Source: Eledone cirrhosa | Lineage: Eukaryota | NCBI GenBank assembly: GCA_964016885.1 | Contig: OZ024747.1 | Location: forward strand, 69,812,001-69,876,000 | Length of the DNA stretch: 64,000 nucleotides | Direction: 5' to 3' | In this document: in pieces, positions 46,839 to 60,300 of the stretch | Position numbering within the stretch: position 1 is the stretch's first letter | How the letters are laid out: each line of letters opens with the position of its first letter | The notes under the pieces: model-generated | Told to the model about the DNA's origin: nothing | Database searches by the model: none | The model's input: only the letters and a program-made list of their open reading frames with translations | Position numbers and translations under genes: made by a program

Positions 46839-47168
46839 CTTAGTGGTTAGAGCATTGGCTTGCAATAGAAAGGTTGTGAGTTCAATTCTCAGACCGGGTG
46901 ATGTGTTGTTTCCTTGAGCAAGACACTTTATTTCACATTGCTCCAGTTTACTCAGCTGTAGAAATGAGATGATAGGGACTGGGGTCCCTATCATTCCACT
47001 GCAAAGTGGTCGTGGAGGTGCCACGGACAAGAAAGCACCCAGCACTTACTGTAAATGAGGTTGGTGTTAGGAAGGGCATCCAGCTGTAGAAACAAGCCAG
47101 AATCAGTTCCCGTCCCACCCTTGCAAGCAGGGAAAAGCGGACATAAAATGATGATGATGATGATGATA
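46839..47168 (+). mobile_element. SINE family B, near full length, (GAT)n tail
   Basis: CTTAGTGGTTAGAGC head, GAGTTCAATTC B-box-like, tail CCCTTGCAAGCAGGGAAAAGCGGAC. Confidence 0.9.
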
Positions 47169-47180
47169 TATATAATAATA

Positions 47181-47371
47181 ATAATTGTTTCTACTTTTGT
47201 CAGAAGGTAAGCAATTTCCCAGTGCCTTACTGGTACTTTATTTTATCAACCCCGTAAGGATGAAAGGCAAAGTTAACTTCGGCAGGATTTGAACTCAGAA
47301 TGGCAAGGGCCATAACTGTATGCGCCAAAGCATGGTGTCCGACCCTCTACAAATACTGCCAATCTACTGCC
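47181..47371 (-). mobile_element. SINE family A
   Basis: Reverse complement of family A; head-to-head with the next copy. Confidence 0.88.
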
Positions 47372-47416
47372 CCTTAATAATAATAATAAAAAGGACAATC
47401 TGTTATGTCTTCATTA

Positions 47417-47603
47417 CGCGGTGGATTGGCAGTATCGGTAGAGGGTCGGACGCCATGCTTTCCAGCATAGTTACGTCCCTTTATGATCTGAGTTCAAATC
47501 CCGCCGAGGTTGACTTTGCCTTTCATCCTTACGGGGTCGATAAAATAAAGTACCAGTAATGCACTGGGTAATTGCTGGCCTTGTGCCTAAAGTAGAAGCA
47601 ATT
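47417..47603 (+). mobile_element. SINE family A
   Basis: Near-consensus copy. Confidence 0.9.
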
Positions 47604-47724
47604 ACATTTATTGAGTAGTGATGCATGTTTCACGAATGATTAGCTCAAGGTTTGATCTATATCAATCTAGCCTGAGCCTGGAATCAAAAGGTCATCAAAC
47701 TTCTATTATTATTACACTCTGCAG

Positions 47725-47944
47725 GACGGTGGATTGGCAGTATCGGTAGAGAGTCGGACGCCATGCTTTGCTGCATGGAGTTACGGCCCTTTAAGATCTG
47801 AGTTCAAATCCCGCTGAGGTTAACTTTGCCTTTTATCCTTACGGGTTCGATAAAATAAAGTACCAGTCATGCACTGGGGTCAATTTAGTCGACTTTCCCC
47901 TCTCTCAAAATGACTGGCCTTGTGACTATACAAGAAATCCTTAT
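47725..47944 (+). mobile_element. SINE family A (longer-tail variant) with candidate TSD
   Basis: ttattacactctgc occurs both before (47709-47722) and after (47941-47954) the element. Confidence 0.88.
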
Positions 47945-48277
47945 TACACTCTGCTTAGTACTACACCTCCATACTTACTGGACACTTTGCATCGAGTGCT
48001 CACTCTGGTGAACCTACAATAACTGGACGTTACAATCCCATGGCACCTACACGACCACTTTACAATGTCAGCTGGGTGCTTTTTTGTCATCAAACCTCCA
48101 TGACCACTTTGCAGTGGAAGTGGATGGGGGCATATTGTCTATATGCTTCAGCTTCAGCTTGTTCCTGTGAGAAGTCGGGTTTTCTGTATTACTGCATGGT
48201 GCCAGGTCACGGTCCTGTGCCATCGCTGTTGAGAGGTGCAATTGGGCAAGGTCCGCTTATATATATATATATATATA

Positions 48278-48560
48278 TATCATCATCATCATCATCATCA
48301 TCATCACCGTTTTATGTCCGTTCTTCCACGATAGCATGGGTTAGACGGGTTGTCCTGTTGTGAGCAGTAGCTGGTTGGCTGACCATGTCTTGCTCATATG
48401 GGAACTGATTCTGGCTTGATAATCTACAGCTGGATGCCCTTCCTAACACCAACCTCATTTACAGTGAATGGTGGGTGCTTTTTTCCATGGCTCCTACATG
48501 ACCACTTTACACTGTGGGCTGGGTGCTTTTTTGCCGTGGCATCTCCACAATTACTTTGCA
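48278..48560 (-). mobile_element. RTE/SINE-B tail fragment; similar at 54380-54600 (-) and 55820-56130 (-)
   Basis: (CAT)n, stem-loop tail and CTGGATGCCCTTCCTAACACCAACC on the plus strand. Confidence 0.8.
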
Positions 48561-48894
48561 CATATATGTATGTATACATACATATATGTGTGTTTGAGAT
48601 GCTTCTACACAATTTATGTCTACCATATTTCAGTGACAATACATTGGTCAATCTGAAAGTACCATACAGTGAGACAGAACCCAGAATCACAGTAGCTGAG
48701 AAGCAAAATTATTAACTGCACACCTTTCTTATACCCAGTATATTCGCTCTCTTTCCACTCTCTCTCACTTTCACTAACTCCTTTCTCTCTCTTTACATAT
48801 ACATACATATATATATATGTGTGTTTGTGTGTATATATATATACACACATATCATCATCATCACTATTTAATGCCCATTATATATTTATATAAG

Positions 48895-49101
48895 TGCGGT
48901 GGATTGGCAGTATCGGTAGAGGGTCGGACGCCATGCTTTGACCTATACGTCCCCTTATGATCTGAGTTCGTCCCCTTATGATCTGAGTTCAAATCCGGCC
49001 GAGGTTAACTTTGCTTTTCATCCTTACGGGGTCGATAAAATAAAGTACCAGTAATGCACTGGGATAATTGCTGGCCTTGTGTCAAACGTAGAAACAATTA
49101 T
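48895..49101 (+). mobile_element. SINE family A with small internal duplication
   Basis: cgtccccttatgatctgagtt duplicated. Confidence 0.88.
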
Positions 49102-49843
49102 ATATTTATATAAATACATTCACACAAATATCAGTATAAATATTTGTATGTATATATGTATATGTATGAAACATGTGTATCGGTACACACATATACAAAA
49201 ACACAATCATACACACATAAAGACATGCACACACACAGATACATGTATATAATATATTACTAACTAGTGGCCTTCTATATTGTACATGATTCTATATGTC
49301 TCAGAGCAATATGAATATTTGGAATTACGTTAAACAAGATTTTATTTATGCTTGATATTTACAAGAAGGTCTACATAAATATACACTATATATGCATATT
49401 CCTAGCCTAAGCAACTTGTGAATAATTAATTCATACTTATAAATCTATGTACAGCCATACATACTCCCCAACTCACAAACATTAATGCATTCTATCTGTC
49501 TGTCTATCTATATATCTATCCCCCCCCCTCTCGCTCACTCTCCCTCTAAATAGGTTATATAAATAAATAAATGTCTATATATATATATATATATATATGC
49601 ACATACACACACATATAGATATATATATGTATGTATATACATATATCATGAAGTCTATTGTGGCATTTACCTTAATACATATATATTTGGACAGATGCTC
49701 ATCAAAACACATACAATGCAGCACCACAAACATGCATGTGATCATGTGTGTTTGTATGTACCACATGCACATATATTTTATATATGCTTGTGTTTTTAAA
49801 TACACACATTGTTTTTGCGTGTTTTATAACAAATACACGTCTG

Positions 49844-49879
<36 letters not shown>

Positions 49880-50043
49880 CATACACACACACACACATAT
49901 ATATATATACATACATTTACATGTATTATGTACATGTATACATACACACACATATATATATGTGTGTGTGCATTTAAAGGAATTGTCTGGTAATGAGGAA
50001 AATCAATCCATAATCGATAATTTTGTTTTATTAACCATTTTTA

Positions 50044-50086
<43 letters not shown>

Positions 50087-50308
50087 TAAAATAATAGATT
50101 AAAGTTTAAGCAAAGAAATATATATATATATATCCCAGACAGTCCTATGCGAGCAAGACAACCACTCTTGCCTCAAGTGGGAAAACTCCCATCCAAACCC
50201 ATGCAAGCGTGGAACATGGACGTTAAACGATGATGATGATGATGATGATGATATATATATATATATACATATATATGCGTACATATATATATATACGTAC
50301 ATATATAT

Positions 50309-50797
50309 ATCATCATTTTACGTCCGCTTATCCCTGCTTGCAAGGGTGGGACAGGAACTGATTCTGGCTTGATTTCTACAGCTGGATGCCCTTCCTAACA
50401 CCAACCTCATTTACAGTGAGTGCTGAGGTGCTATTTTGCCGTGGCACCTCCACGACCACTTTGCAGTGGAATGATAGGGACCCCAGTTCCTATCATCTCA
50501 TTTCTACAGCTGAGTAAACTGGAGCCATGTGAAATAAAGTGTCTTGCTCAAGGAAACAACACATCACCCGGTCTGAGAATTGAACTCATAACATTTTGAT
50601 TGCAATTGAACTCATAACCTTTTGATTGCAATCGAAAGGTTGTGAGTTCAATTCTCAGACCGGGTGATGTGTTATTTCCTTCAGCAAGACACTTTATTTC
50701 ACATGGCTCCAGTTTACTCAGCTGTAGAAATGAGATGATAGGGACTGGGGTCCCTATCATTCCACTGCAAAGTGGACATGTAGGCACCACAGCAAAA
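50309..50797. mobile_element. Head-to-head pair of SINE family B copies (50309-50606 minus, 50625-50797 plus)
   Basis: About 140 bp of near-perfect reverse complementarity. Confidence 0.88.
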
Positions 50798-51327
50798 GAT
50801 ATATATATATATATATATATTATACTTGGGGAGGGAGGGTCATATTTGTGTAATAATATTGCCAGAATTAATAACACACTCACTGTTTGGTTGGTTTCCG
50901 CTTCCGTGTCTTTTATATCGGTTAATTTAATTTATTCGGTCCTCAATGTTACTATTGACTGACCAACGGTCAAATATACAGATACAATATAGACACAAAC
51001 ACATACATGACAATAACATTATATATATATATTTCAACCATATATATTTTTATATATTTTTATATTTTTATATCTGATTGACCCGAATTAATTGGTCGTT
51101 TTTTCGCTGTGCTGATGATTAGTTTAACCACCATCTCAGTGTGTTTGGCCTTTAACGTAAGTTGTAAGCTCTAATTCATATGAATTATCGAGCGCTTGCC
51201 ACACAACTCGGAAGTGTTTATTGTTAATTCCTGAGCTGAAATTCGATTCTCGCTAATTTTTACTTATATATATATATATATAGTGACGAAACATAAGTCA
51301 ATTGCATGAACTCATAATCCTTTATTT

Positions 51328-51383
51328 ACTGCTATATATATTTCGATGATAGCAATAGAATGGCTATGACCTCATCAGGCAGT
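51328..51383 (-). ncRNA. Hammerhead ribozyme motif (intact version of 4098-4136)
   Basis: ACTGC-CTGATGA-GGTCATAGC-CATTCTATT-GCTATCATC-GAAA-TATATATA-GCAGT. Confidence 0.72.
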
Positions 51384-51606
51384 TAGTCAGTTCTTAGATA
51401 TGCCAGCTCTGTGTTTATAGTGTTGATGGTATCAGAGCCTTGGGACATATGAGCTTGTTAGGAATAAATTAATGTTGTCAGCAGGAATAGTCTTGATTCT
51501 CATTGGTCAGTTTGTAGATGGTAGTAGGGTTGGTATTTGACCTCAAAGAAGCAGGTGGTGTTGTAAAGTTCAAAATGTGTATATATATATATATATATAC
51601 ACATTC

Positions 51607-51660
<54 letters not shown>

Positions 51661-51743
51661 GTTATTCCGGGTTGAATCGGAGGTAACCACAGTAAGTAAG
51701 GTACTCAATACATAGCAGAGTATAACAGTTTTAATATAGATGA

Positions 51744-51792
51744 GATTCTACAGGACTAGAACTGTTTCATTCATTAGAAATCATCAGGAATC
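51744..51792 (-). ncRNA. Complete type I hammerhead ribozyme (same family as 36458-36508)
   Basis: GATTC-CTGATGA-TTTC-TAAT-GAAT-GAAA-CAG-TTCTAGTC-CTG-TA-GAATC. Confidence 0.8.
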
Positions 51793-51917
51793 ACTGATAT
51801 ATATATAGCCAAAATCAGTTCCTGTATGAGCAAGGCATGGTCAGCCAACCAGACACTGCCCACAACAGGGCAACCCGTCTAACCCTAACGGTGATGATGA
51901 TGATGATGATGATGATG

Positions 51918-52135
51918 ATATATATATATTATATATACATGTATATAATATATATATATTATATATACATGTATATAATATATATATATTATATATACAT
52001 GTGTATAATATATATATATTATATATACATGTATATAATATATATATATATATAATATATACATGTATATAATATATATATTAATGATATATATATATAT
52101 AATATATACATGTATATAATATATATATTAATGAT
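51918..52135. repeat. About 30-bp AT-rich minisatellite
   Basis: atatatacatgtatataatatatatatatt units. Confidence 0.8.
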
Positions 52136-52369
52136 ATATATACATATATATATATATTCATAACAAATCTTTTTTATGCATATTTAAACATTACTGAACC
52201 TAAATACTCCAATATTTCCTTTCTGTATGTTTTCAAGCATTAATTTGACATGACATTGTTTATTGAAATAGTGTATTACTATCATAAATGTAGAAAATCA
52301 CAGAGTGATTAATTCAGTTTAAATTAAAAGTACCCCCAATATGCTCTACCTATCATTTGTTTATCTGTA

Positions 52370-53345
52370 AAAGGTCTTTGACAGTGTCTCACACTCTGTA
52401 ACCTCATGGGCATTTATGAAGGTAGGTGTAGATGAAGGGCTTGTGAGGGCTGTGCAAGCCATATAAAATTAGCAAGGAGAGAATTGGCTCTGAATACATT
52501 GATGAATTTGAAATGTAGGATAGGGTCCACCTTGCTAAACCCTCAGTCCACTTCTATTTATCAATCTCATTCAGGCCATTACTGGGGAGTTTAAAACTAA
52601 CACTCCATGAAAACTCCTTGATGAGTATACCGTTGTCTTTATAGCAAAATCTGTGGGATAGTTAATGGCAAATCTCCAAACATGGAAGAAGAATCTAGAG
52701 TCAAAAGGACCAATAGTAAATTTAGTTAAGATTACAGTCTTAATAATTGTTTCTACTTTTGGCACAAGGCCAACAATTATCCCAGTATATTACTGGTACT
52801 TTATTTTATTGACCCCGTAAAGATGAAAGGCAAAGTTAACCTCGGTAGGATTTGAACTCAGACCATAAAGGGCCGTAACTCTTTGCTGCAAAGCATGGCG
52901 TCCGACCCTCTACTGATACTGCCAATCCATGAGGGAAAAGAACAGGAAGCTGACACTGATAGGGAAATGGCTTTCTTTGATGTGTTGAAAAAGGGTGAGC
53001 AGAAATCCCATGAGGTGAATATAGTTTAATCTTTGGACACACAATAGATGTAATGGGATTATAGTCAGGCCAACAGGGATTTTGTATGAGGCAGATGCAC
53101 AGGAGAAGTAAGCACTAAGTGAGAAATAGATACCATCAGTTGCTGGCAAGATGCCTTTTAAGTTTTTGACTACTTTTGTTACCTAGTTGACCAAATCAAC
53201 AATGTGGCAAATGACCTGAATATGAAATAGGCAGGGTAAAAACAGGCTGGAAGATGTTGCAGGAGCTGGTAACTCTATTGACAACAAATTCTTCTTTAAT
53301 TAATTAAAATAGAGTATATTTCATTAAAAATGCAGTCATGAAGAG
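52370..53345 (+). mobile_element. Highly degraded RTE fragment interrupted by a family A SINE (52743-52929, minus)
   Basis: Remnants of DEGLVRAVQAIY, QAITGEFKT..PWELL, LQTWKKNLESKG, FCYLxDQI, VKTGWK. Confidence 0.7.
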
Positions 53346-53941
53346 TGTTTTCTACCTTTTGTTTGGCCAGTTTTCTATAGCTGGATGCCCTTCTTATCCC
53401 CAACCACTTGACAGTCTAGTGGATGCAAATTTTTTGGCAACAGAACTAAAAATGTCTGTAATTAGTTTAACTGAAGAGGCTACTCTGCATTACGTGGTTG
53501 GGGTGAACAGGGGGTTAGAAAGTATGTCATAGGACTATGATAAGTGAAGTGGAATTTGACAGTATGAGGAGATGAGGTGGGATGAAATTATCTCAGATAA
53601 CATGGATTAGAACAGGTAGTAAGGAATTAAGACTGGTGTGTTAAGTCTCATGAGGGACAGAGGTAATCCAAAATAGAGTACAGTGTGTGTGTGTGTACAG
53701 TGATAATGAGAATAGTGATTAAGGAGTGATAGTGGACGTAAGGGACACGACGGTTGCATCTTATATGTTGTTACTAATATATATATAAATATATATACAT
53801 ATATATATATATGTATATATATACAAATATATATACATATATATATATATATATGTAAAAGGTAAACAGAAATAACAACACAATCGGTACAGTATATGGA
53901 AGGTATATATTAGGTTAACGCTTGATATAGCAGGAAGAGGG

Positions 53942-53977
53942 TCTTAACGTTTCAGATGCTCGTCCTTCTTCAGAAGA
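53942..53977 (-). ncRNA. Minimal hammerhead ribozyme motif
   Basis: TCTT-CTGAAGA-A-GGAC-GAGC-ATCT-GAAA-CGTT-AAGA. Confidence 0.7.
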
Positions 53978-54058
53978 AAGAATGAGAAATAAAATAGATT
54001 AAGGGACGGGTGGGATGGAATTGGAAAAAATGTCTTTAGATAAAAATAATAAGTCATA

Positions 54059-54281
54059 TAATCTGAGCTTTTCGAATATTAATAATAATATTCAATTCAT
54101 TTACAATGATGCAAATAGCCTCTTTTATAAGCCATGTCAGTAGAATGAACCCCTCATTCTCGCTCTTGTGTTGGCATGCAAACAGAACTTCAGACACTAA
54201 TGACATGGCTTATAAAAGAGGTTGTTTGCATCATTACAAACGAATTGAATAGTATTATTAATATTCAAAAAACTCAGATTA
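54059..54281. mobile_element. MITE-like foldback, about 85-bp arms
   Basis: taatctgagcttttcgaatattaataata...tataagccatgtcagtag mirrored by ctaatgacatggcttata...aactcagatta. Confidence 0.75.
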
Positions 54282-54320
54282 CATTTATTGTATTCAGCCA
54301 TGTAGAGTGATAACTAGTTG

Positions 54321-54384
<64 letters not shown>

Positions 54385-54692
54385 TCATCATCGTTTAACG
54401 TCTATCTTCCATGCTAGCATGGGTTAGATGGGTTGTCCTGTTGTGGGCAATGCTAGGTCAGGTGGCCATGCCTTGCTTATACAGAACTGATTCTGGCTTG
54501 GTTTCTACAGTTGGATGCCCTGCCTAACACCAACCTAATTTACAGTGAGTACTGGGTGCTTTTTGTCGTGACACCTTTACAGTGTGGGCTGGGGGCTTCA
54601 CTTATTCATTTACTTTGGCCTGTCCTCAGTTAAATTGTAGTATTCTCAGAAGGGTAGCCGTAAACTACTTAATGTTTACTTATATATAATGA

Positions 54693-54830
54693 AGGCATAT
54701 GGCTGAGGGGTTAGAGAATTGGATTCGCAATCATGAGGTTGTGAGTTCGATTCCCGGACCAGGCAATGTGTTGTGTCCTTGGGCAAGACACTTTATTTCC
54801 CGTTGCTCCTTCTACCTGGAGATGCAACCG
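54693..54830 (+). mobile_element. tRNA-derived SINE head (family B-related)
   Basis: TGGCTGAGGGG, GAGTTCGATTCC, GTGTCCTTGGGCAAGACACTTTATTTC. Confidence 0.75.
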
Positions 54831-55534
54831 ATAGAGAGTTTTAGCAATTGGAAAGACCAATGGAAACATTATTTCCTCGTCCGATTCGACGAAAGTTGAT
54901 CAACTATCGATATATATAATATAATTCTTGGGTTATTGGGGACTAAAAACTTCATTAATGAAGCTCTCAAAATCCATTGAATATGATAAGACTCTATATC
55001 TCCTATTTGAGAAATCAGTTTTCAACTGCTTGCCCGCTCAACATTTTGTGCTTTAATACACACACATACACACACTCATGCACATACAGGCATTCACAAG
55101 AGCACATACACATATAAATAGACTCTCACACACATGTGTTGATTCAGATATTTCTGTGAGTTTGACTGTCCAGGTGTAATTAATAAGTATTCAAATTTAC
55201 TTCAGGCATTGTTGTAATTCTTGCATTAAACTTTACCCTACAATGCCTAATTTCTCCAAAGTGTCAGAAATATATGTTACCTGCAATATACCTGTGTCAA
55301 AGCCACACCAACATATAATAGCTTCAGAGGCATTCATATTTTTAATTATATATTCATATTATACACACATGCATTTAGAGGATAAACCTAAAAGGATATT
55401 GAAACTTTCAAGGACTTAGGAATATTATTGCTTCAATCCAAATGTACCAAATAAAAACTCTTAAATTAAAAAAATATTAAACTCATAAGGAGTTATATTT
55501 TCAGTATGTCTTTGAAATATAATATAATATAATA

Positions 55535-55810
55535 TAATCGTTTCTACTTTTCGCACAAGGCCAACAATTACCTCAGTGCATTACTGGTACTTATTTTATC
55601 GACCCCATAAGGATGAAAGGCAAAGTTAACCTCGGCAGTATTTGAACTCAGATTATAAAGGGCCATAACTCTATGCTGCAAAGCATGGTGTCTGACACTC
55701 TACTAATACTGCCAATCCACATCCCTATTATAATATAATTGTTTCTACTTTTGGCACAAGGCCAGCAATTACCCAGTGCATTACTGGTACTTTATTTTAT
55801 CGACCCCGTA
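55535..55810 (-). mobile_element. SINE family A plus adjacent partial copy
   Basis: Reverse complement of family A. Confidence 0.85.
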
Positions 55811-56344
55811 ATAATATAATCATCCCCATCTTCATCGTTTAAAGTCCATTGTCCATGCTAGCATGGGTTAGGTGAGTTGCCCCATTGTGAGATAAGCTAG
55901 GTCTGATTACCATGTCTTGCTGATACAAGACTGGCTTTGGCTTGGTTTCTATTGCTGGATGACCTTCCTAGCACCAACCACATTTACAGTGTGTGCTTGG
56001 TGCTTTTTCTCATGACACCGTCATGACCATTTTATAGGGTGGGCTGGGTGCTTTTTGTCATCTCATCTACACAATTACTTTATAGTATGGACTGGATGCT
56101 TTTTGTCGTGTCACCTACATGACCACTTTACATAATATACCATAATAAGATATAATATAATATGATATAATATAATTGTTTCTACTTTTGGCACAAGGCC
56201 AGCAATTACCCAGTGCATTACTGGTAACGTTTAATGTCTTTCTATTATTGGAGTCCTCTAAAAAGGTACACTATTATCTAGACTTTATACAATGCTTCAA
56301 ATAAAATACAATACCGCTTATAATGTACATATAATAGATAGATA

Positions 56345-57296
56345 AATTTCTTTATTAGCCACAAGGGCACAAAAGAAGGGGACAAATACAAATGGGGAGT
56401 TTACATACAGGTATATGAAAATAAAACTATTAATAAAACAACCAATAACAATTGAAATCCCCAATAGGGGGAGGCGTTACAAAGGGGTTGTACACACCCC
56501 GAAAAAATGTACAACCCTCATCTCCAGGGGCACCAAGAGTGAGTACTGCCTTCCTCTCTTCCTCTTTTTCCTCACCCTACAGGCTTATATAGAGAGAAGG
56601 CCCAACCGCTCGGGCCATCTTTGCCACATTCACCCACCTTTCATAAAATTTACTGGGGTACAGCACCTCTCTCTCCATCCTGATTCTTCTTCCAAAATGA
56701 TATTTGAAAAAACGAATCAGTTGTTCGTCGGAGAGAAAGGTGTCTGACCTCAGCCTTTTTAACCTCATACACCATATAACCTCTTTCACCATAGCCATAA
56801 CACATAGGAAAACTGCCTCTCCTTCGTTTTTGAAGGAGGGTGGTGGTTTGATTATGACAATGGACTCGGTGGTCAACTGGATTGGTCCCACCCGCGACAA
56901 TAGTCATTCTACATAGCCCCACAAGTTGGTAATGCCCAGGCAGTGTACAAATGTGTGCGCGACAGTTTCCTCATCGCGCACGCATCTCGGGCAGATCTTT
57001 TTCAAAGGGTCCTTGCCCGGGCGCCCGTGTCTGTAGAGCTTGTCTCAAACTGGTAGAGCTCCTCGGTAGCACTGCCAGGCCAGGGACTTTTGGAAGTTGT
57101 CCATCGGTCCTGGGTGGAAGGTCCTACCGAACAGACTGGCCAGTTCGTCCTCCTCTACGCCTAGAGTTTCTCCGAGTGCATCGTCGCACTTGCTGCGGAC
57201 CAACCCTTATAGAATGACGAAGTGGAGTCTCCACTGATCGCCGGGTCCGTTTGTCAGAGGACTGTGAGCACCTGAGCACATTCGATATGCCAGTCG

Positions 57297-57300
<4 letters not shown>
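56345..57300 (-). mobile_element. Tx1/L1-like LINE 3' end, degraded
   Basis: Cys/His knuckle remnant (ETVAHTFVHC-like) followed by LWGYVE, KEVIWCMR...ERWVNV; UTR ends in AATAAAGAAA; 5' end abuts (TA)n. Confidence 0.7.
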
Positions 57301-57358
<58 letters not shown>

Positions 57359-60300
57359 TAGATAGATCCATGCATAGCTGTAGGGTTAAGGAGTTCACTT
57401 TGCATTAATATGGTCCTTGGTTCATTTCTATTGCATATACACACACATACACACACACACATACATACACACACATAACCAGATACAAACACACACACAA
57501 GCATATATTTTTTGAAGTTTGTTGTATCAAGACAATTTTACAATACGAGAACATACAGATTTTAAATTCACAGGAAATTATCATCTACATTTTAAAATAT
57601 TGACATGATTTATGACAGCCTGGGCTAAACAAATTGCTCTAATATGACAAACCCTAGAATGTATATGTGTTTCTGTTTGTATATACTAGTGTAAATATAT
57701 TGTGGTATTAAAGAGAAATAAATTGCTAAAGGAGTGTAAGTGAAATTCCCAGTTTAATAGGCAGAGATCAATGTCATAAGCATTAGAGTACAATATGTAC
57801 TGGGGACAATATAATTGATTAAAATCTCGAAGGTGTCTGTCATGGCCACAGTCCAATGAGATACAAAATTATAGAATGCCATATATATTGACTAATATGC
57901 AGCTACAGTAGATAAGCCTCATCTCTATTGTATATACAATATTTAAAATGTACAATATATTTTGAAATGAAGGGGTGAATTACACAAATATATACAGTAC
58001 TCAAATCTTTCATTTGGCTTCAGGAAGACATCCAAGTGTGGTATGACATGACTGAATGTTACTAGGAAAGACAGATACTGTATCAGTGTTTGCATGACCT
58101 CTACACTTAATTCTGAAGCTGTGCTTCATTCTTGAACGTATGCAAATACAGTTGAGTGAGACAATTAATATCATGCACTCAAAATATCATCTTCAGGTTT
58201 AAGAAATGTAAAGACTATTAACACAGAGGCCATCCATGTAAAGATTTAATAAATTGAAATCAGTATATTAAAATCTCTTAATGTTTGGATTAGTAGCATA
58301 TTATAATGACATTCATAGAAGTAATAAAACTTCTGCAATGCTGAATCAAAAATATAATGGACATCTTACTAGTTTGGATTTAACTCACAAGGATTTGATC
58401 AGCCTGAGGTCATAGTCGAAGACATTTACCCCATAAACTAGGCAGGGGTACTGAACCTAAAACCATCAAGTTGTAAAGGAAACACCTTAACCACACAGCT
58501 ATGCATGCACCTACGAAATGTATGAAAGGGAAAAGTATATATTTTCCTTTGGTAATGAACTCACACCATCATATATCATTTTGTGGTTTATTTAATCTAA
58601 ATTAACTATAATTATTCTCTAGAGGACAGGTAGAACAGACATGACAGACAGCATAATAATAATGATAATAATGAAATTATTGTGTACAGTGCTCAAGTGC
58701 ACTACAACTCATCAAAGGTGCATGTATAGTACATAGAATAATGTACAAATGTCCGAAAAATGAACAGTGTATGAGTCATGATATACATGTGTGCATGTGC
58801 ATGTTATATATAACTTATCTAAGCACCTAAAGATTAGTTCACAAATGTGATCCCTCTTACAATCTGGAAATAGGGTCAATATCGGGACTCGGAACCTTAG
58901 GTAGCGCTTTTGTTCCATGTATGAACATCAATAAATAATATAATATATGAATACACATATATATATCATTACCATCCTAATCATCACTAATTAACATCTA
59001 TTTTTCCAGTGTGCATGGGTTAGATGGGTTGTCCACATTTTGATACAAGCTTGGCCAGTTGGCTGCACTGTACCTTGCTCAAACAGAACAGTAAGGAACT
59101 ATTTGGCCATGCCATACCTTACTCATAGTGTAACCATATATATATATATTATATATATATTATGAACTATTGAATTATATATTATTATGAATAATGTATA
59201 CGTATGCATGTTTGTGTTCATACATATACATATGTACATAGCAAAGACCTCTTTAGTACTGGTGGAATGAAAAATGCCATATACATATGTTTGTTCTTAC
59301 CATCCCCAATGGATGAGGTGGTACTCTTAGTAGGAAGAATTTCAACATCTTTCACCTCTGAGACTGAACATGATGTAGCTTTCGCTACTATGTTCAGTTT
59401 GGGAGGAAGTACTTCAGCATCATCTGTTTCAGGAAACAAGAATGATGTAGATTTTTCTGCCATCCTCAGAAATGGATCCGTTTGTAAAACTGATAATGTT
59501 GCGGGCAAAATAGTGCTAGGAACATGCTTATTACCTGATCCTGTTTTCAGCCCCTCAGTACAGGAAGCCCTCAAGTGACTTTTGCTGCTGCAGGTTTAAT
59601 GACTGCGCTTTCCGACTTGCACTAACAGTACTATTACCTTTGATTCAGTGCCCATAGCAGGAAAAAATTCTAGAATGGCTTTGTGATGTTAAGGTGATCA
59701 TGAGAAACTACAACTCCATGCTTTCCTCTTCTCACCCCATACCCTTTTGCACTACTTTGGTATTTATTATAATGTCCATTTTGCTTTAAAAAAACAACTA
59801 TGACTCAGAGATCAATCTCATTTACTATGCTTTTAACTGTTATCTTTGTGTTACACTTCCCCATGTGCTATAAGACAAATGTGTTTGTGAGGTTTTCATG
59901 CACTATTTTTGCTTTTTTTTTGGTGTAGTTCTTTTCTATGCTTAATATATTAGCCTGGACACCAACGAGAACTTCCTTAAACTAATCTTTTGTAAGTGTA
60001 GAAAAAGCCCTCCCTCTTTTGTGAAATAGAGATTTAGGTAATTAGAGGCAGTTTATTTAAAAACATTGTAACCACAGGGCCATTTTAGACTCTGCTTTCT
60101 TCATATCTAAAGACTTAATATTGGAAGCTATATTATTGATATTGACTGCATGTGTGGACTTGGTGATATTTGAGTTTGCATTCATCTACCCCTTTAATCT
60201 CTCAGTGTCTCACCTCACAGGCCTGCATTAAACACTCACTACAGTTCTTCCTCCTCTGGGATGCAGCTCACTAGAAATCCCTCCCAGCAATAAATACAAA

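Noticed and set aside
59204-59578. Plus-strand 124-aa ORF
   Set aside because: Starts in low-complexity sequence and is antisense to the better minus-strand candidate
59800-60000. Possible pogo/Tigger remnant
   Set aside because: Only a few residues resemble the motif; cannot be supported by eye
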